From assembly GCA_964035545.1 (NCBI GenBank), contig OZ037771.1:1871628-1935627 (forward strand): 64,000 nucleotides of DNA. Direction: 5' to 3'. The stretch's first letter is position 1. Every line of letters starts with the position of its first letter. Source of the DNA: Bugula neritina (Eukaryota; Animalia; Bryozoa). Below, one piece after another: positions 59,793 to 64,000 of the stretch. Under the pieces are notes generated by a model that was given only the letters and a program-made list of their open reading frames with translations, searched no databases and was not told where the DNA came from. The position numbers were made by a program, and so were the translations under genes.

Positions 59793-62493
59793 TTTTATTT
59801 ATTTGTTTCTAATTCGGCAAAAATCTGAGTTGAACAATGATCAACTCAATATCTAATACACCCTGGCACTTTAGTTCATAGTCTCTATCAAGGAGCCAAT
59901 ATTCGTCTTAACAGACAAATCAAAGTTTCAGTTTTCCTCTGTGAATAAAGTTGAAATGTTAGAATGGGATTTAGTATTCGATATCAACTGACACCAAATT
60001 GAGCCAAGAGTGGATAGCTTTAGTAAATAGAACTATTATGTTTAGTACTACTATTACCAATTTTTTTACTACAAATATAAGTAAAACTATAAGATATATT
60101 ATAAGTATTAGCGTAAATTCAATTATATCAAGCACTAACAGTAACAGTAACATGGTCGCTGTTAGTAACTCAAACTGAGTAAGACTAACACTATCAACTA
60201 CTAATCACTAGTACTAAAAAATATAACTGCTTGTATAATTATTGCAATATAACAATTAAGTAAATTTAATCAAAATAATATTTATATATTCATATTAATA
60301 GTAGTTGTAATACCAATACTGTGTCAGCACGGATGCTGTTTGGCACGGATGCCCATGTATTGTAATTCACTTAATGAAGGGTGAATGGATGGAGAACACA
60401 GATGCAGGCCACAACTCTATTTTTTGTCTATTGCCAACAGTATATTTGAACTCAGACTCACACTTGAATTCATACTTTACTCGTATTTTACTTTACTTTA
60501 CTTTACTTTACTGTAACCTATAACCATGAAAATTACAAACATATTGTTAACTTAACATCAATTACATAGCTGACAAAACATTTTAGTTAATGAAGTTCAA
60601 AACAAAAGATAATATAATACTTGATACTCACAATTATTTTGACAATTAGGTATAGATTGCCTGCATCTTTAGCAGGAGGAAAACTGAGCTACACTGACTC
60701 ATCAACCAAAAACTGTCAGTAAATAGCTATCGCGAAAGCTTTCACAAATAGCTTTCATTACACAATGGTTTTTGGAAAGCTGCCAAAAAGCTACTGAAAC
60801 AAATACTACCAATAATATTACTAATAGCAACATTTCCACCATCATATTCATAATGATGATCATAAACTCATTATGATTATGATAAATATAATGACAATTA
60901 TAGTTATACTCATAATCACTTCATCATAATGATAATCTAAATCATTATGATAAATTTATGATTATCAAAATGAATATAAATATAAACTCTAGTCATCTAA
61001 TTCTATTATTATCACTATAATTTTGACCGAGCATGGCATTACATTTAATTTCATTACATCATCATATTGATATTATCACAATGATAATTATTATAATAAT
61101 TACTATCAGTATCATTGCGACAAAGTGGTGATCATTATTTTTATGAAATGATGAGTATCTGTAAGTGTATGGTCATGATCATGATGTGATCAGTGATAAA
61201 TAATGCCATCAGCCATGCCCATAGGCATAGCCATAGGTATCACTATAAGATTAGGTACAACTACAATTACAAAAGTCAAGAGTAAATAAATTGAAGTAAA
61301 ATTTTAAAATTAGTTATTACAATATTTTGTTTGAAGTTGGAAGCCAATATGAATATCAATATGAATATCATTATTAATATTATAAATATGAATAGGGCAA
61401 AACTGAAACTAGAAGACTGCAAACAGCTTTTAAAGTGGCTGATCAGAGTTTGTCAGGTTCTCGGGTATTTCCAAAGGGTTACAGATCACGCTGAGCATTT
61501 CTTGATTATAATAGTGTTATTCCACATAATAATAATATTACTAATTAAAATTGCAACCTCAGACTTTTTCATTCTTAAAACGTTTGAAACCCTGACAGCT
61601 ATTGGTAAAACAATTCCTGACAGCTTTTCATCTGACGATGTGTGTTTGGGTCAGATACACGTTAAAATAGTTATTGCCTACACTACAGAACCCAGACTAC
61701 ATTTTTATGCGGAGTATATCCGGTTCTAGTGAGCGTCATTATATTATTTTAATTGGAGTTACTTCCTCTATTCAAAAAGCCCTTTGATGTTGGTAAATTT
61801 ATCAATGTTGTGTTTATTTCACAACAAATAATTACTTCAGCAGGTTATTAGTGAGCTGATTCAATGCAAACATATTTTATTTTTATTGTAGATTCTAAGC
61901 AGCAATAACAGAACGCCATAAGAAGCGAACATAACTCATAATTGATGACAGAAGTTGAAAAAGCAGTGGTGTTTGGGGTGACTAGCACTCCTTAGAACAA
62001 TATTGTTGTATTACTGCTGAAAAAATGAACACATGCATTGCTTTCTCACATGCAAAAACTGCAGCAAAACTTAAATAAATTGCTATATAATTGATTGTTT
62101 GATAACCAAATGTGACATATATTTTTAAGACTAAATAGCAACAAACTGCATGTTATAAAAATATATTAACTCTTTGAAATTGCCAATATTGAATAACAAT
62201 TATAGAATTGAATCAAATTTTAATCTTACTGATTAGGTACACTAATACCGAGGCATGAAAGTTTTTGAACACTTTGCTGTAATTATCAGTAGATAACAAT
62301 TATAGAGCAAAGGAAAAGCATATTATGCTACTGTGATTGCTTCCTATAATTGGAGTTTATCAAAAATAACAAAATTTCATTAAAACATTCTACAAACATG
62401 CTAACAAGCATTTTGGATAAAAAACAAGGTCCAGCATTAAATCACGATGGCAACGCTAAATATATGAATAACACAAAACAGGAACTTTGCATT

Positions 62494-63922
62494 CTAAGAG
62501 TTACTAGCAGCCATGTTTTCTTTCCATACTGCAGAATACACTCTGGTTGTGTTAGAATCAATTATCGTAGAAAATTCAACATCTCCGAAGTCTTGTAGTC
62601 TGTGACTGCAAACAAACAACATTCCAATGAGAGTTTCTAAAACCTTTACCATCACATTAATATTCAGCTTCATAAAATACACCCGCAGCGCTAGACTAGA
62701 AAAAGTATCCAATATTTCAAACAAGTGGATAAAATATTCTTACAAGTCTGGTTGAGTGATATTTTCTCTCTGGGGGTATCTCTGCTGATACTGCCTCAGC
62801 TCCCCACTGCCATGTATAGCGTATGCATTCAACTTGTCTATGTTTGGTGGGAAATATTCAATGGGAATGGAAGCTTCAGCTACCCAGGAGTTGTCAGTCC
62901 TTGACATAACTTGATATTTCATTTGCAGCATTGTCTGTAAAAGCATGAAAATATAAGTTTGGACAGCCGCAACTTCTGTGCCTCATTATTCTATCTTCCC
63001 TGCCAAAATCTGAGTCAAACTGAGTTAAACATATCATTTTATATAAAATTTAAATATAATTTATCAAATCTGTATAATGTTAATTATTTGATTTTGATAC
63101 TCTTGAGCTATCTTTAATACCTCAATTGTTCAAAGCACATGTTTTTTTATAGTATTAAAAACAAACAAAACTTGATTTTTATGACTAACTTTTATAATAT
63201 TTCGTCGGCCTTGAAGGAGAAGTACTAAGTGATGGCCATATCTGCAATATACAAGAAACTTATCAAATGACATGCTAAAGCGGTCAATGCATTTAAAAAG
63301 AATATAAAATAAATTTAGTCATCAAGCTTAGCTAGAATATAATTCACAAATTACTTGACTTGGTTTTAATTTTTGAATCCTCATGATTTGCTTATAAACA
63401 ATGATGTCCATATCAATTGTTCTAGATTAGATGAGTAACTTACGGACCCAGCTCAACCTCAAGGTACGTATCGTCTGCAGAATTCAGAAAGAATACTTCA
63501 ACTACTTCGTAGTCCCACAGCTGATCCGTCGCTCCATCGCAACCTGTCAGCCGATAACATACATTATGTGATAGTAGTGTCAGAGATTATCTAACTTGTT
63601 CAAATTAGATGTTTTTCAGCCTACTCTTGATCAACATTAACTAATACAACGGTGGTCCCCACGATAACAAGAACTTTAAACTTTGCAATAAAGCCTTTGC
63701 AATGACAAATAAAATGCTTTGTTTTTAGAGAGCTTGAGATCAGCAAAGTTTGAAGAAAGATTAGTTACCTGGGCTGACAGCTGGAGGAGAAGGAGGGTCA
63801 TTAAACAGAATGCCAGAGGCAGTAACCTTGACTGTCCCATTCTTTAGCGGTGCTATAGAAACTTTCATAGGAGCATGGGTCAATGGCTTGCCGTTCCACA
63901 TATTGTCAATATGAAATTCCAT
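62494..63922 (-). CDS. C4orf33: UPF0462 protein C4orf33 homologue, 5 exons, 202 aa
   Basis: Exons 63922-63769, 63543-63444, 63241-63190, 62934-62744, 62605-62494. Motifs [58 protein letters not shown]. Confidence 0.93.
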
Positions 63923-64000
63923 TGTGAACCAGGGTTAGTTGCAACAACTACTTTTCTGTCAAGATTGTCCAATCTCTCAGAAAAAAATACCATTTTACTA

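Noticed and set aside
60830-61729. His/Ile-rich region and the 132-aa ORF 61331..61729
   Set aside because: Degenerate (ATC/ATT)n low-complexity intergenic DNA with a non-ATG start and no recognisable domain.

Overview
This is AT-rich, intron-containing animal DNA, probably from an invertebrate; it is not prokaryotic, so most ORF-track entries are single exons or spurious. Gene models below were spliced and translated by hand from GT-AG sites and exon phases. Family assignments come from recognising motifs by eye, not from database searches. (1) 1-25.5 kb is a tandem array with a period of about 6.4-6.6 kb, holding nine single-coding-exon paralogues (types A, B, C and a mosaic D; one frameshifted). 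They encode small divergent SERTA-domain-like proteins with an invariant CxC...CxH motif and acidic tails. (2) Four 7-exon type II membrane TNF-superfamily ligand genes of the Eiger/EDA-like, EF-disulfide type lie at 15.2-20.8, 29.8-33.4, 34.3-39.3 and 40.5-45.8 kb. Each carries an unusual variable exon inserted in the TNF domain. The first sits inside the SERTA-like array between ~390-bp direct repeats. (3) Three orphan exons of an NRF-6/acyltransferase-3 gene lie at the array boundary. (4) A 12-exon gene encodes a protein with two tandem CBM20 domains. (5) RNF121 has an intron-6 acceptor tandemly amplified 18 times. (6) A C4orf33/UPF0462 homologue ends the window. tRNA-derived SINE-like copies, microsatellites and minisatellites are scattered throughout.
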